Positions 11,929 through 21,031 are shown, counted from the stretch's first letter. The stretch is DNA of 64,000 nt from an uncultured bacterium (GCA_963695095.1 CAVOFT010000001.1:3456001-3520000); one strand, 5' to 3'. Program-made: numbers and translations. Notes: generated from the letters alone by a model not told the origin.

Positions 11929-13095
11929 TCAGGCAAGGGCCGCGGCGGCTACCGGGGCTTCGTTCGTGGCGGGCGCGGGCAGGCCGAGCGCTTCCAGGTA
12001 CACGGCTTCAACGCGGCGGGCGATCTCGCTCCAGTCCAGGCCGGCGGCCTTCTCGCGCCCGCGCTCGCCGTAGCGGCGCCGCGCCTCGCGGTGCTCGAGG
12101 AAGTAGCGCAGGGCGTCGGCCAGCGCCTTCTCGTTGCCTGGCTCGACGAGCAGGCCGTCCACGCCGTGGCTGACCACGTCCCGGTAGCCCTCGATGTCGA
12201 AGCCCACCACGGGCAGGCCGGCGGCCATGGCCTCCAGCAGCACCATGCCGAAGCTCTCGCGGCCCAGGCTGGGCGCGCAGAAGATATCCGCGGCGGCGTA
12301 GGTGGCGGCCAGCTGCTCGCGATCGGTGATGGCGCCGAGGAAGTGCACGCGGCCGGCCAGCGCGGCGGGCAGCGCGGCCTCGATGCGCCGGCGATCGGGG
12401 CCGTCGCCGGCGACGAGCAGGTCCACGTCCGCGCGCGCGGCGACGAGGCGCGCGAAGCTGCGGAGCAATAGCGGCAGGCCCTTGCGCTTGACCATCGCCC
12501 CCACGAAGAGGATACGCAGGCGCTCGGGGTCGAGCCCCGACAGGCCGGCCGGCTCGGCCTCGGCGAAGAGCGCGTAGTCCACCCCGTTGGGAATGATCCG
12601 GTAGTCCCCCGGGAAGAGGCGCTCCACCGGGCGCAGCGCGGCCTGGCTCACGGGGATGCGCAGGCGCGCCGGCGCCAGCCGGCGGCGCAGGGGCGCGCGG
12701 AAGGTCTCGGCCAGCAGATCCCGCGGATAGTAGCTGTGGAAGGTGGCCACCACGGGGCAGCGCGCGTGCTCGAGGGCCAGGTGCGTGAGCGTGGGCTGCA
12801 GGGGGCTGTGCAGGTGCAGGACGTCGAAGTCCTCGGCGGCGAGCAGCTCGCGCATCTCGCCGCCCAGGCGCCAGCCCACCGAGAAGCGCGACAGGCTGTT
12901 GTTGTAGCGCACGGGGACGCTGCGGCCCAGGCGCAGCACCCGCGGGCCGGCGTTGCCGTTCTTCCCGGGCATGTGGCTGGTGATCACGGTCACCTCGTGG
13001 CCGCGGGCCGCCAGGGCGTTGCCCACGGCGCGGATGTGCTCGCTCACGCCGCCCCAGAGCGGGTAGTAGAATTCGCTGACCACGCCGACCTTCAT
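11929..13095 (-). CDS. GT4 glycosyltransferase, PimA-like
   Basis: GGVSEH, VPVRYN, KRKG and ESFGMVLLEAMAAG resemble phosphatidylinositol mannosyltransferase PimA. Confidence 0.85.
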   Translation of the reverse strand: MKVGVVSEFYYPLWGGVSEHIRAVGNALAARGHEVTVITSHMPGKNGNAGPRVLRLGRSVPVRYNNSLSRFSVGWRLGGEMRELLAAEDFDVLHLHSPLQPTLTHLALEHARCPVVATFHSYYPRDLLAETFRAPLRRRLAPARLRIPVSQAALRPVERLFPGDYRIIPNGVDYALFAEAEPAGLSGLDPERLRILFVGAMVKRKGLPLLLRSFARLVAARADVDLLVAGDGPDRRRIEAALPAALAGRVHFLGAITDREQLAATYAAADIFCAPSLGRESFGMVLLEAMAAGLPVVGFDIEGYRDVVSHGVDGLLVEPGNEKALADALRYFLEHREARRRYGERGREKAAGLDWSEIARRVEAVYLEALGLPAPATNEAPVAAAALA

Positions 13096-13967
13096 CAAGC
13101 AGCCGCTCCTTTCACGCCCGGCGCCATCTGCGCCGCCAGCTCACCGTCGTGCAGGGGGTAGAGCACGCACCACTGCTCGGGATCGGCGGCGACGGCCGCC
13201 GCCAGGGCTTGCGCGTAGCCGGCGAGCGAGTCGGCCCCGGCAGGCAAGGCAGGGTATACCTTGATAGCATAGCCGCCCGGCTCTCGCAGCAGGAAGATGG
13301 GCAGCAGCGCCGCGCCCGCGCGCTCGGCGAGCGCGAGGCCGGCGGCCGGAAAGGCCCGCGGCCCGCCGAAGAAGGTCTCCGAGCGCAGGCCCTGGCCCGC
13401 CGTGCTCGCCGGATCCAGCGCGCGGTCGATGAGCATGCCCACCGCGCGCCCGCGGGCGAGCTGGCGATAAAGGGCCACCCCGGCGCCGGGGCCCGAGATC
13501 GTGCGCAGCCCTCCCGCCGCGCGGATGCGCATGAAGAGCGCGGCCAGCGCCGGCGGCTCCAGGGCCTCGGCCAGGGCCGAGAACTCGGGGAAGCGGCGAC
13601 CCACCCAGCGCGAGAGCAGGTCCCAGTTGCCCAGGTGCGCGCCGAGGAAGCAGACCGGCCTGCCGGCAAGCCCGGCGAGGTGCTCGCCGCCCTCCACGCG
13701 GAAGCGCAGCCGCTCCAGGCGCTCGGGCCGCGCGCTCAGGGCCAGCAGCTCGCCCCAGTAGCGGCCGTAGTTCGCAAAGACCGCCCCGACGCGCCCGGGG
13801 CGGCCGCCCGCCGCGGCAATGGCGGCGAGATTGGCGGCCACCCTGGCCCGCCGCGGCGAAAAGCGCCCGCCCAGGCGCCAGGCGGCGGCAGCGAGGGCGG
13901 CGCAGGCACCCAGCGGCAGCAGGCCGGCGAGGGCGAGGCCGAGGCGCAGGGCGATCAGCGTGAGCAC
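13095..13967 (-). CDS. lysophospholipid/lipid A-type acyltransferase (PatA/LpxL family)
   Basis: HLGNWD acyltransferase motif and PEQW near the C-terminus; GTG start after GGAG; stop overlaps the GT start codon. Confidence 0.8.
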   Translation of the reverse strand: MLTLIALRLGLALAGLLPLGACAALAAAAWRLGGRFSPRRARVAANLAAIAAAGGRPGRVGAVFANYGRYWGELLALSARPERLERLRFRVEGGEHLAGLAGRPVCFLGAHLGNWDLLSRWVGRRFPEFSALAEALEPPALAALFMRIRAAGGLRTISGPGAGVALYRQLARGRAVGMLIDRALDPASTAGQGLRSETFFGGPRAFPAAGLALAERAGAALLPIFLLREPGGYAIKVYPALPAGADSLAGYAQALAAAVAADPEQWCVLYPLHDGELAAQMAPGVKGAAA

Positions 13968-14040
13968 GCGGGCTCCTGGCGGGATCGGGGTGGGTCGAGG
14001 GCTGCGGTCGAGTCTAGCGGGCGCGGGGCTCTCCGGCAGC

Positions 14041-14074
14041 AAAAAAGGGCCTCCCGCGCGGGCGGGAGGCCCTT
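14041..14074 (-). terminator. intrinsic terminator
   Basis: AAGGGCCTCCCGC/GCGGGAGGCCCTT stem with an A6 tract (U tract on the minus strand), just after the PLD gene stop. Confidence 0.85.
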
Positions 14075-14094
14075 CTCGGCGAAGCGCTCGGCGC

Positions 14095-16527
14095 CTACTG
14101 CACGCTGAGCAGCTTGTGGCTGGCCGTCTGGGCGCGACCGGCCGCATCGCGGGCGTCCACGCGGGCAAAGTAGACGCCGCTGGGCAGCTTGCGCCCGCTC
14201 TCGTCCGCGCCGTCCCAGCCGATCAGGTGATAGCCCGCGCCGAGCTGGCGATCCGCGAAGAGGCGGCGCGCCAGGCGGCCCGTCGCATCGTAGATCTCCA
14301 GGCTCACGGCGGCATCGACCCGCGTCGTGAAGGCGATGCTCGTGAAGGGGTTGAAGGGGTTGGGGAAGCTCGCCAGGCCGTCGAGGAGCGCGCCCTGGGG
14401 CACCGTGCCCTCGGGAACGCCCACGGCCGTGCCGAGGGTGCCCGTGCCGCCCGACTCGTGATAGCGCTCGGCGAACTCCTGCAGGAACATGTTGGCCACG
14501 CCCTGATCGTGGATGATCACCGTGTTCTCGTCATTCGCGCCGTCGGCGGCGAAGCTGTAGTTGTGGCTGCCCGTGGCCACCAGCGGGTCCGCGCTCGGGT
14601 TGTTCACGTCCACGACCATGTACTTGTGGTGCAGGAGCCGGCTGCTGGGCAGCGGCGTGTCGATCCAGACGTCGGCGGGGATATCCCAGGCATAGGGCGT
14701 GCAGGGATCGCCGGCCATCTCGTAGTACACGCTGCCTGCGCCGCATGCGCCCAGGCCCTCGTCGAAGACGCCGCGGATCTCCATGGCGCCGCCCAGGGCC
14801 GCGCGACGCTCGTACATGGCATCCGAGAGGTTGTAGTTCGTGAAGGCGAGAATGGTGAAGTAGACCGAGTAGTCGGCCGTCGCCACCGTGCGCTCGAGCT
14901 GGCTCTCGACGGCGTCGCTGGGGCTCATGAACTGCTCCACGCGCAGGCCGTTGATGCGGAACTCGTGCGGCGAGTCGTCCAGCTTGCGCGAGCCGAAGCG
15001 GGCGAGCGTGGAACTCGGCGTCTGCGTGTCGCTGCCCCACATCTCGTTGAAGTCCATCAGGTAGGCCTGGGCGAGGCCGTAGTCCTGGATGTCCAGGCCG
15101 TTGTTGACGTCGTCGTTGCCTGAAATGCTCATGTTGCCGCTGCCCGTCCACACGCGGTCGTTGTACTTGTCCGCGTCGCGGCCGTCGATGACCACGTACT
15201 TGTTGTGCATGATGCCGTAGCCGTCGGCGGCGCCGTGGTTGCCGCCGTAGCTGCTCGTGATGTAGGGGATGCCGAAGCTCGCGCAGTAGATGGCGTACTC
15301 CGGCGAGTTGTCGGCCTCGATGATCAGGCGCACCAGGCAGCCGCGCTGGTGGGCGGCGACGAGCGCATCGCGCACGTTGGTGAGGCTGAAGCTGTACAGC
15401 GCCGCGTCCACCGAGCTCTCGGCGCCGTTGATGAGGGCCGTCAGCAGCGAGCTGAGGTTCTGGCTCTCCGGCACCTCGTTGCCCGGGTCCGCGTAGCTCT
15501 CGTCCGCCGTGAAGCTCATGTAGACGTGCAGCTCGCCCGGCTGGTCGCTGGCCGTGGCCAGGAGCTGGTCGGGCCCGAAGCGGGTGCCCTCGCCGTCGCT
15601 GCTCTTGGCGCGGAAGTGATAGATGGTGTTGGCGTCGAGCGCGCTCAGCTCGACGGTGTGCGCCGTCTCGCTGGCGCCGGCGTCGCCGGCCGTCATGCCG
15701 TAGCTGTCGGTGAGGCCGTACTCGATCTCGCTCGTGCCCGGCGTGGCCGTCTCGAAGTAGAGCGTGGCGGCCGTGGCGGAAAGCTCCAGCACCTGCGCGG
15801 GGCCGTTGATCGGCGGGCCGGGCTGGGTGGGGATGATGTCGGACAGGAAGCGCGGCACGATCTCGTAGCCCGAGGTGTAGGGCGAGGTCGTGTCGTACTG
15901 CTTGACGATGCCGATCGCCGAGAAGTTGCTGCCGGGATCGGGGCTCCCGTTCACCGCCGTGTCCTTGTCGATGAAGAGCTGCGCCGTGGCCGTGCCGTCG
16001 CTGACGTAGACGGAGCTGTTGGAGCCCAGCGGCGAGGTGGGCCAGGCGCCGGTCACGATGTTCAGCCCGTCGATGCGGATCAAGCGGCCCTCGTTGGGCT
16101 CGCTGTGGTCCACGTGGAAGCTGCCGTTCAGCTCGGCGCAGCTGATCACCAGCGGCTCGGGCACCTCGTAGCCCGCGCCGTGGAGGACCTGCACGAAGGA
16201 GGGCGTGGTCAGCTCGACGAGGCCGTTGAAGTTGGCCACCGTGGCGGTCACCGTGATGCTGTCGCCCAGCTCGGCCTCGTAGGTCGCTGCCCCCGCGCTC
16301 ACCCAGAGGTTCACGCCCCCGGTGGGGTCCTGGACGTAGACCTCGTAGTTGTAGGTGCTGTAGATGCTGTCCGGGCTCGTGATGACCCCGCTGACGGTGA
16401 CGACCTGACCGAGCAGGTCGGGCACCCCGTTGGCGTCGTTGGCGTGCAGGGCGGAGATGTCGATGGCCGCCGCCGGGCCGGCCAGGGCGAGGATCCCGAG
16501 GAGGATCGGCAGGGTGCGCAGGCGCAT
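14095..16527 (-). CDS. secreted phospholipase D-superfamily protein with OB-fold/FN3-like domains and C-terminal FlgD-Ig domain
   Basis: Signal peptide; two HKD motifs (HNKYVVID, HHKYMVVD); C-terminal FPNPFNP...WDGADESG...SGVYF. Confidence 0.85.
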   Translation of the reverse strand: MRLRTLPILLGILALAGPAAAIDISALHANDANGVPDLLGQVVTVSGVITSPDSIYSTYNYEVYVQDPTGGVNLWVSAGAATYEAELGDSITVTATVANFNGLVELTTPSFVQVLHGAGYEVPEPLVISCAELNGSFHVDHSEPNEGRLIRIDGLNIVTGAWPTSPLGSNSSVYVSDGTATAQLFIDKDTAVNGSPDPGSNFSAIGIVKQYDTTSPYTSGYEIVPRFLSDIIPTQPGPPINGPAQVLELSATAATLYFETATPGTSEIEYGLTDSYGMTAGDAGASETAHTVELSALDANTIYHFRAKSSDGEGTRFGPDQLLATASDQPGELHVYMSFTADESYADPGNEVPESQNLSSLLTALINGAESSVDAALYSFSLTNVRDALVAAHQRGCLVRLIIEADNSPEYAIYCASFGIPYITSSYGGNHGAADGYGIMHNKYVVIDGRDADKYNDRVWTGSGNMSISGNDDVNNGLDIQDYGLAQAYLMDFNEMWGSDTQTPSSTLARFGSRKLDDSPHEFRINGLRVEQFMSPSDAVESQLERTVATADYSVYFTILAFTNYNLSDAMYERRAALGGAMEIRGVFDEGLGACGAGSVYYEMAGDPCTPYAWDIPADVWIDTPLPSSRLLHHKYMVVDVNNPSADPLVATGSHNYSFAADGANDENTVIIHDQGVANMFLQEFAERYHESGGTGTLGTAVGVPEGTVPQGALLDGLASFPNPFNPFTSIAFTTRVDAAVSLEIYDATGRLARRLFADRQLGAGYHLIGWDGADESGRKLPSGVYFARVDARDAAGRAQTASHKLLSVQ

Positions 16528-16650
16528 GCGTGTCTCCATGGCTGGGGAGAGGAGTGGCTGGGCGGGCAAAGCCGCCGCCGACCCGCTGGCGAGCCGGACC
16601 GTCAATTATAACAAACAGGACCCGGTTTGCGAAACCCCCAGGCGGGCGCT

Positions 16651-18387
16651 TCAGCCGCCCGAGCGCAGGCGGCGCTCCAGGCGCCAGTCGAGGCCGAGCT
16701 CGAGCTGCCAGCCGTCGCCGGGTACGCGGCCGTCCAGGCCGGCGGGCCAGAGCCCCGAGCGGTCCACGCGGGCCAGGCCGCAGCGCAGATCCAGGCGCCC
16801 GGCGCCGGGCGCTGGCCAGTCGCGGCGCTCCCAGATGAGGCGATAGAGGCGCTCGACGGAGCGCTCCCCCACCAGCCAGGCCTTGTCCTTCTTCGCCATC
16901 CGGATGAAGCCGAAGTCCTCGCCACGGCGGCCCTCGATGAGCCCCCAGCGGCATTGCTCGAACTCCAGGGTGAGACGCCCCCAGCGCGCCGCGGGCGGCA
17001 GGTGCAGGGCGGCGTAGAGGCCGTCGGCGTTGGGCCCCAGCCAGTGGCCGAGCAGGCGGCCCTCGCCGAGCCGATCGTCGCGGACGAAGGCGCGGCGGAT
17101 GTCGCGGTCGTGGTGAAAGTAGACCTGCGGATCCAGGTGCACGGCCTCGATCGCGAGGTCGGCCCCGGCCAGGCCGAGGGGATTGGCCCAGACGAGGCCC
17201 GCCAGCTCGGCGAAGCTCGAGATGCCCGCCTCCTCGCCGGCCGGTTCAGCGGACTCGAGAGTCACCAGGCGATCGAGGAGGAACTCGCCGTAGAAGGTGA
17301 GGGGCGCGAGATCGAGGCGGCAGTCGATGCCGAGCACCTTCTTGTCGTCGGTGCCGCTCTGATCGGCAATGTCCTGGGTGCCCGCCACGAGGAAGGTCAC
17401 CGGGTTCAGATAGGCGAGATCGATGCCCCGCCCGCCATAGGCCACCGCCTCGTAGAGCCCGAAGCTGAGCGGACCCGGCGGGTGGATCTCGAGGCGATGC
17501 AAGGCAACATAGGCCTCGCCCGGCACGGATTGCTCCGTGCTGTCGGGCGGGAAGGGCTCGCCCGGAATGTAGCTCGGCGGATTGGGGCCGCGCTGGGTCT
17601 GGGCGAAGAGGCTGGCGCCGGCGACGTAGCGCGTGCGGAAGTGGAAGCTGATCCCGTCCAGGGGAAAGGGGTTCTCCGAGAGGAAGAGGCTGCCGCGGCG
17701 GCCCACGCCCCAGCGGCGGTCCTCGCGGCCCAGGCGCAGTTCGGCCCAGTCGCCGCCCCAGGCGAGCACGGCGCGGTCGAGGCGAGCGCTGGGCTCCTGG
17801 GTGATGTCGCTCGCGGCAAACGGCAGGTTGTCCACCCAGCCGCCGTCGCCGGCCCCGCGGCTGAATCGGCTGTAGTCCTCGTAGAAGTGGAGCTGGGCCG
17901 TGAGGCGGCCATCGAGTTCGGCGTCGAGGCCGAGCTGGAGCAAGCCCTGGCGCCGCGGTCGCCGCTCGGCGAGGGCCAGCGAGTCCAGGTCCGTGGGCCC
18001 GCCGAAGTAGCGCAGGCCCGCGGACAGCTCCCAGAGCGCTGGCGGATCGGCGCCCGGCGCTCGCCGCGCCGGCGATCCGGAGATCTCGCCGGCCGGGGGC
18101 TCCCAGCCGGCGGTCAGCGCTTCCAGGCGCGCCAGGCGCCGCGCATCGGCCGGAGTCAGCTCCCCGCGCCGGCTCGCCACGCGGGCCACGGCCCGGGCCA
18201 GTTCGTCGCGGCGCAGCGGGCGCAGCTCGAGGCTGCCCTCCCAGAAGCCCAGGGTACGGAAGTGCTCGAGCTGCTCGTAGACTTCCGCAGCGGGCGGCAC
18301 GCGCAAGGCCCCTTGGGCCCGCGCCGTGACGCACTCTGCAACGGCGAGGAAGGCCAGGAGTGCATAACGAGCGATGGGATGATGCAA
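16651..18387 (-). CDS. outer-membrane beta-barrel protein, capsule assembly Wzi-like
   Basis: Signal-like N-terminus; ELRLGREDRRWG, LYEAVAYGGR, AYLNP and LGHWLGPNAD motifs. TTG start after GGAGGA. Confidence 0.65.
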   Translation of the reverse strand: MHHPIARYALLAFLAVAECVTARAQGALRVPPAAEVYEQLEHFRTLGFWEGSLELRPLRRDELARAVARVASRRGELTPADARRLARLEALTAGWEPPAGEISGSPARRAPGADPPALWELSAGLRYFGGPTDLDSLALAERRPRRQGLLQLGLDAELDGRLTAQLHFYEDYSRFSRGAGDGGWVDNLPFAASDITQEPSARLDRAVLAWGGDWAELRLGREDRRWGVGRRGSLFLSENPFPLDGISFHFRTRYVAGASLFAQTQRGPNPPSYIPGEPFPPDSTEQSVPGEAYVALHRLEIHPPGPLSFGLYEAVAYGGRGIDLAYLNPVTFLVAGTQDIADQSGTDDKKVLGIDCRLDLAPLTFYGEFLLDRLVTLESAEPAGEEAGISSFAELAGLVWANPLGLAGADLAIEAVHLDPQVYFHHDRDIRRAFVRDDRLGEGRLLGHWLGPNADGLYAALHLPPAARWGRLTLEFEQCRWGLIEGRRGEDFGFIRMAKKDKAWLVGERSVERLYRLIWERRDWPAPGAGRLDLRCGLARVDRSGLWPAGLDGRVPGDGWQLELGLDWRLERRLRSGG

Positions 18388-18443
18388 GGAATCCTCCGGC
18401 TGGGGCGGGGCGATTCTAGGCGCGCGCCCGAGCGCGGACAAAC

Positions 18444-18473
18444 AAAAAGGGCCGCCCCGCGCGCGGGGCGGCC
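18444..18473 (-). terminator. intrinsic terminator
   Basis: GGCCGCCCCGC/GCGGGGCGGCC stem plus A tract, downstream of the HTH gene. Confidence 0.75.
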
Positions 18474-18531
18474 ATGAATCCGCGAGGCAGCGGGGCGCAT
18501 CCATGCCCGCCCGCCGCCGGTCGCCGAGTTC

Positions 18532-18759
18532 CTAGGCGTTCACTTCCTGGGCGAGCCAGCGATCCAGCACGCTCTTGAGGAAGCGCCACTCGCTGCCGAC
18601 CTTCTTCGCCGGAATCTTGCCTTCCTTGGCCAGCCGGCAGACGGTCTTCACGTGCATCTTCAAGTACTCGGCCGCCTCGACCGAGGTGAGCACCGGAGAC
18701 ACCTGCTCCTCCGTGCCCACATAGATGTTCGAGTATTCGCTTTCCTTCCAGTCGGCCAT
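18532..18759 (-). CDS. small excisionase-like helix-turn-helix (HTH_17) protein, 75 aa
   Basis: LTSVEAAEYLKMHVKTVCRLAKEGKIPAKKVGSEWRF; RBS GAAGGA. Confidence 0.85.
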   Translation of the reverse strand: MADWKESEYSNIYVGTEEQVSPVLTSVEAAEYLKMHVKTVCRLAKEGKIPAKKVGSEWRFLKSVLDRWLAQEVNA

Positions 18760-18895
18760 CGGTATCTTCCTTCGTTGCAGGTTCCCATCGCTGCAGGTCG
18801 CCGGAGCTCCCCGCCACAGCTTGAACGTGCGCCTCTGCACTCGGAGCTCCCCTCCGCCAGGCAGGGCCGGGCGGCGCTCCCGTCGGCGATGCGAC

Positions 18896-18911
18896 AGCAA
18901 GGTCCATGCCA
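18896..18911 (-). promoter_or_regulatory. sigma54 promoter for the HTH gene
   Basis: Minus strand reads TGGCATG-GACC-TTGCT, near consensus. Confidence 0.75.
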
Positions 18912-19119
18912 CCGCTATTCTTCCCCATAATGCCCTGTATTTCTTGAGATTGCAGGCTTTGGGCCACGGCGAACCGGGCAAGAGCTGCTCGCCGCCCGCG
19001 ATGCCGGCGGCTTCCTTTGCCTTCCCCATCCTGCCCGTCCCCTCCCGATCGCGTCCTGCACGCCGCCCCGCAATCCGCACTTACCGCAGCGCGCCGCGCC
19101 GCGTGCCGGCCGTGGGCCG

Positions 19120-19135
19120 TGGCATATGCCTTGCA
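19120..19135 (+). promoter_or_regulatory. sigma54 promoter for the hypothetical gene
   Basis: TGGCATA-TGCC-TTGCA, near consensus, 35 nt before ATG 19170. Confidence 0.75.
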
Positions 19136-19169
19136 GTTTTTGCGTCGCCCTTCAGCGGGCGGGAGGGAT

Positions 19170-19844
19170 ATGGACACCGTCTACCTGCAGATCGACGGCG
19201 GACAGGCCCAGCGGCGCAAGCGGCGCTTCGGATTCATGATCGAGGCGCTCCTGCGCAGCCGCCTGTCGGCCGGCCTCGAGACGGGCTGCCATCGTCCCGA
19301 CGAAGACGTGAACATGTACCTGGCCGATCTGCTCTGCCACTACGCGGAGGGCGGAGCCGAGCGCTGGCAGAGCGACTACATCATTCCCTATGCGGGCGAT
19401 CTGGCCGAGCGCGTGGCGAGCGCCGGCGAGTGCCGCACCAAGTACCTCATCTATCGGAAGAATGCCGACCATCTCCTCGTGAGCCTGGGCATCTTCGGCA
19501 ATCCCTGGCTGCGCGGCCCGGTGCAGGGCAGCTGTCCGTGGCGGGCCAATCGGGAGGAGAGCATCGGGCGGGGCAAGAGCTACTATGCGCGGGCGGCGAC
19601 CTACGCCTCGCGGCTCGGCGAAGGCCGGCGCGGTCTGGACGCCTTGCTGGCGAAGCTGGAGATCGGCTTCGAGGAGTACCTGCGCATCCTCGAGACCCTG
19701 CGCAGCGAGGCCTTCAATCTGCGGCAGATCTTCACCGTCGGCGAGTGGTACCACTTCTGCCGCGAGCTGGGGATCAGTCCTCGTACTCCGCCGGGGGGCC
19801 CGGCGCCGGGGGGGGAGCCGCCGCCTTCCGCTGTGCTTGGATGA
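19170..19844 (+). CDS. hypothetical all-helical protein
   Basis: ATG after GGAGG; native codon usage; DEDVNMYLADLL, YRKNADHLL and GKSYY segments. No function recognised. Confidence 0.75.
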   Translation: MDTVYLQIDGGQAQRRKRRFGFMIEALLRSRLSAGLETGCHRPDEDVNMYLADLLCHYAEGGAERWQSDYIIPYAGDLAERVASAGECRTKYLIYRKNADHLLVSLGIFGNPWLRGPVQGSCPWRANREESIGRGKSYYARAATYASRLGEGRRGLDALLAKLEIGFEEYLRILETLRSEAFNLRQIFTVGEWYHFCRELGISPRTPPGGPAPGGEPPPSAVLG

Positions 19845-20694
19845 ACTCCTGCACCTCGCGCGTGACCCGCGCGCTCTCGGCGCCCTCGAGCAGCAAGTGG
19901 CCGCCCTTGTCGAGCAGGAGCGTGCGCGCCCGCTTGCCCAGGGCGCGCTGGACGCGGCGCAAGCCGGCCGTGCCGAGCTCCGGGTTGTCCTTGGCGTGGA
20001 TGGCCAGGACCGGGGCGCTGAGTCCGGACAGCTGCGCCGACGCCTCGTGCACGGCGCCGTAGCGGTCGGCCATCCAGCGGTGGGGACTGCGGGCGATCAT
20101 CCGCTCGAAGAGGCGCGGGAAGAGCCGGCGCCAGCCCAGGGCCAGGCGCTCGCGCAGGCTCAGGTGCGGCTTGAGCGGCGGCGAGAGCAGGGTGAGGCTG
20201 GCCACCGGGTGCCGCGCCGCGATGAGAATGGCGAGGATGCCGCCGAAGCTCGACCCCACGAGGTGGATGGGCACGTCGAGCAGGGCCAGGTTGCTGTAGC
20301 GCATCTCGAGCTCGGCCAGGGGCAGCTGCCAGGGCACGCCGCCGCGCTGCTCGCCCACCGCTGCCTCGCTGGGCAGCAGCGAGCTGTAGACGGTCATCCC
20401 CGCGCGGTAGAGGTGGCGGCCGAGCTGGAAGTACTGGGCGGGCGTGCTGTGGCCCCCCGGGACGAGGAGCACCGCCGCCGTCGGCGTTTCCTGGATGTAG
20501 AGGAAGGAGCGATCCCGCTTGGGGATGTCCAGGTCCTCTTCGCGCAGGCGCTGCAGCTCGTAGTGGCTGCGCAGGATGTTGAGCCGCTCGGCCAAGGGCA
20601 GCCGCGAGCCCTGGTTCATCCGCTCCAGGGTCCAGACCGTGTCGGTGATGTTGCGGAGCTGCTCTTCGCGGCTGCTCGGAATGACGGAGCTCAT
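19774..20694 (-). CDS. alpha/beta hydrolase (carboxylesterase-like)
   Basis: GSSFG nucleophile elbow, IHAKDN, GGH. Start uncertain. Confidence 0.75.
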   Translation of the reverse strand: MSSVIPSSREEQLRNITDTVWTLERMNQGSRLPLAERLNILRSHYELQRLREEDLDIPKRDRSFLYIQETPTAAVLLVPGGHSTPAQYFQLGRHLYRAGMTVYSSLLPSEAAVGEQRGGVPWQLPLAELEMRYSNLALLDVPIHLVGSSFGGILAILIAARHPVASLTLLSPPLKPHLSLRERLALGWRRLFPRLFERMIARSPHRWMADRYGAVHEASAQLSGLSAPVLAIHAKDNPELGTAGLRRVQRALGKRARTLLLDKGGHLLLEGAESARVTREVQEFIQAQRKAAAPPPAPGPPAEYED

Positions 20695-20783
20695 GGCGTG
20701 GCTGCGGGCTCGATGGCGGAGGGAAGGGTCCGGAAATTCCTCGCAAATATACTCCATCTTCGGGTCGCCTGCCACAGCCGCAA

Positions 20784-20812
20784 TTGACACTCAAGCGGAA
20801 TTCCTCTAAGAT
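20784..20812 (+). promoter_or_regulatory. sigma70 promoter for the cys leader and cysE
   Basis: TTGACA-17 nt-TAAGAT. Confidence 0.8.
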
Positions 20813-20853
20813 AGCGGCTAGTTGTAACGAGCCTCCGCGACGAGGAAATTTCG

Positions 20854-20928
20854 ATGGACCGACTCCTGAGCAGTTCCTTCTGCTGTTGTCGCCCCCTTCA
20901 CAACAGGGATCGGCGGGAAGAACTGTAG
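20854..20928 (+). CDS. cysteine-rich leader peptide [24 protein letters not shown]
   Basis: GAGGA RBS at 20842-20846, ATG 20854, TGC TGT TGT at 20881-20889, TAG 20926-20928. Lies between the promoter and the terminator upstream of cysE. Confidence 0.75.
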   Translation: MDRLLSSSFCCCRPLHNRDRREEL

Positions 20929-20959
20929 TCCGGTAGCTCCTCAGCACAGCGAAAACAGG

Positions 20960-20988
20960 ACGCGGGCCTTCCGGCCCGCGTTTTTTTT
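20960..20988 (+). terminator. attenuator (intrinsic terminator) in the cysE leader
   Basis: ACGCGGGCC-TTCC-GGCCCGCGT followed by a T8 tract, ending 43 nt before cysE. Confidence 0.88.
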
Positions 20989-21031
20989 CAGCCGGCGCCG
21001 TCCCGAGCCCGGCGACGAAGCGAGGTGGACG

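Noticed and set aside
18532..18759. Prophage or ICE excisionase
   Set aside because: No integrase, att site or phage genes nearby; the gene has its own promoter and terminator.
20820..20990. T-box riboswitch upstream of cysE
   Set aside because: No T-box GGTGGNACC sequence or stem I motifs; the leader ORF explains the region better.
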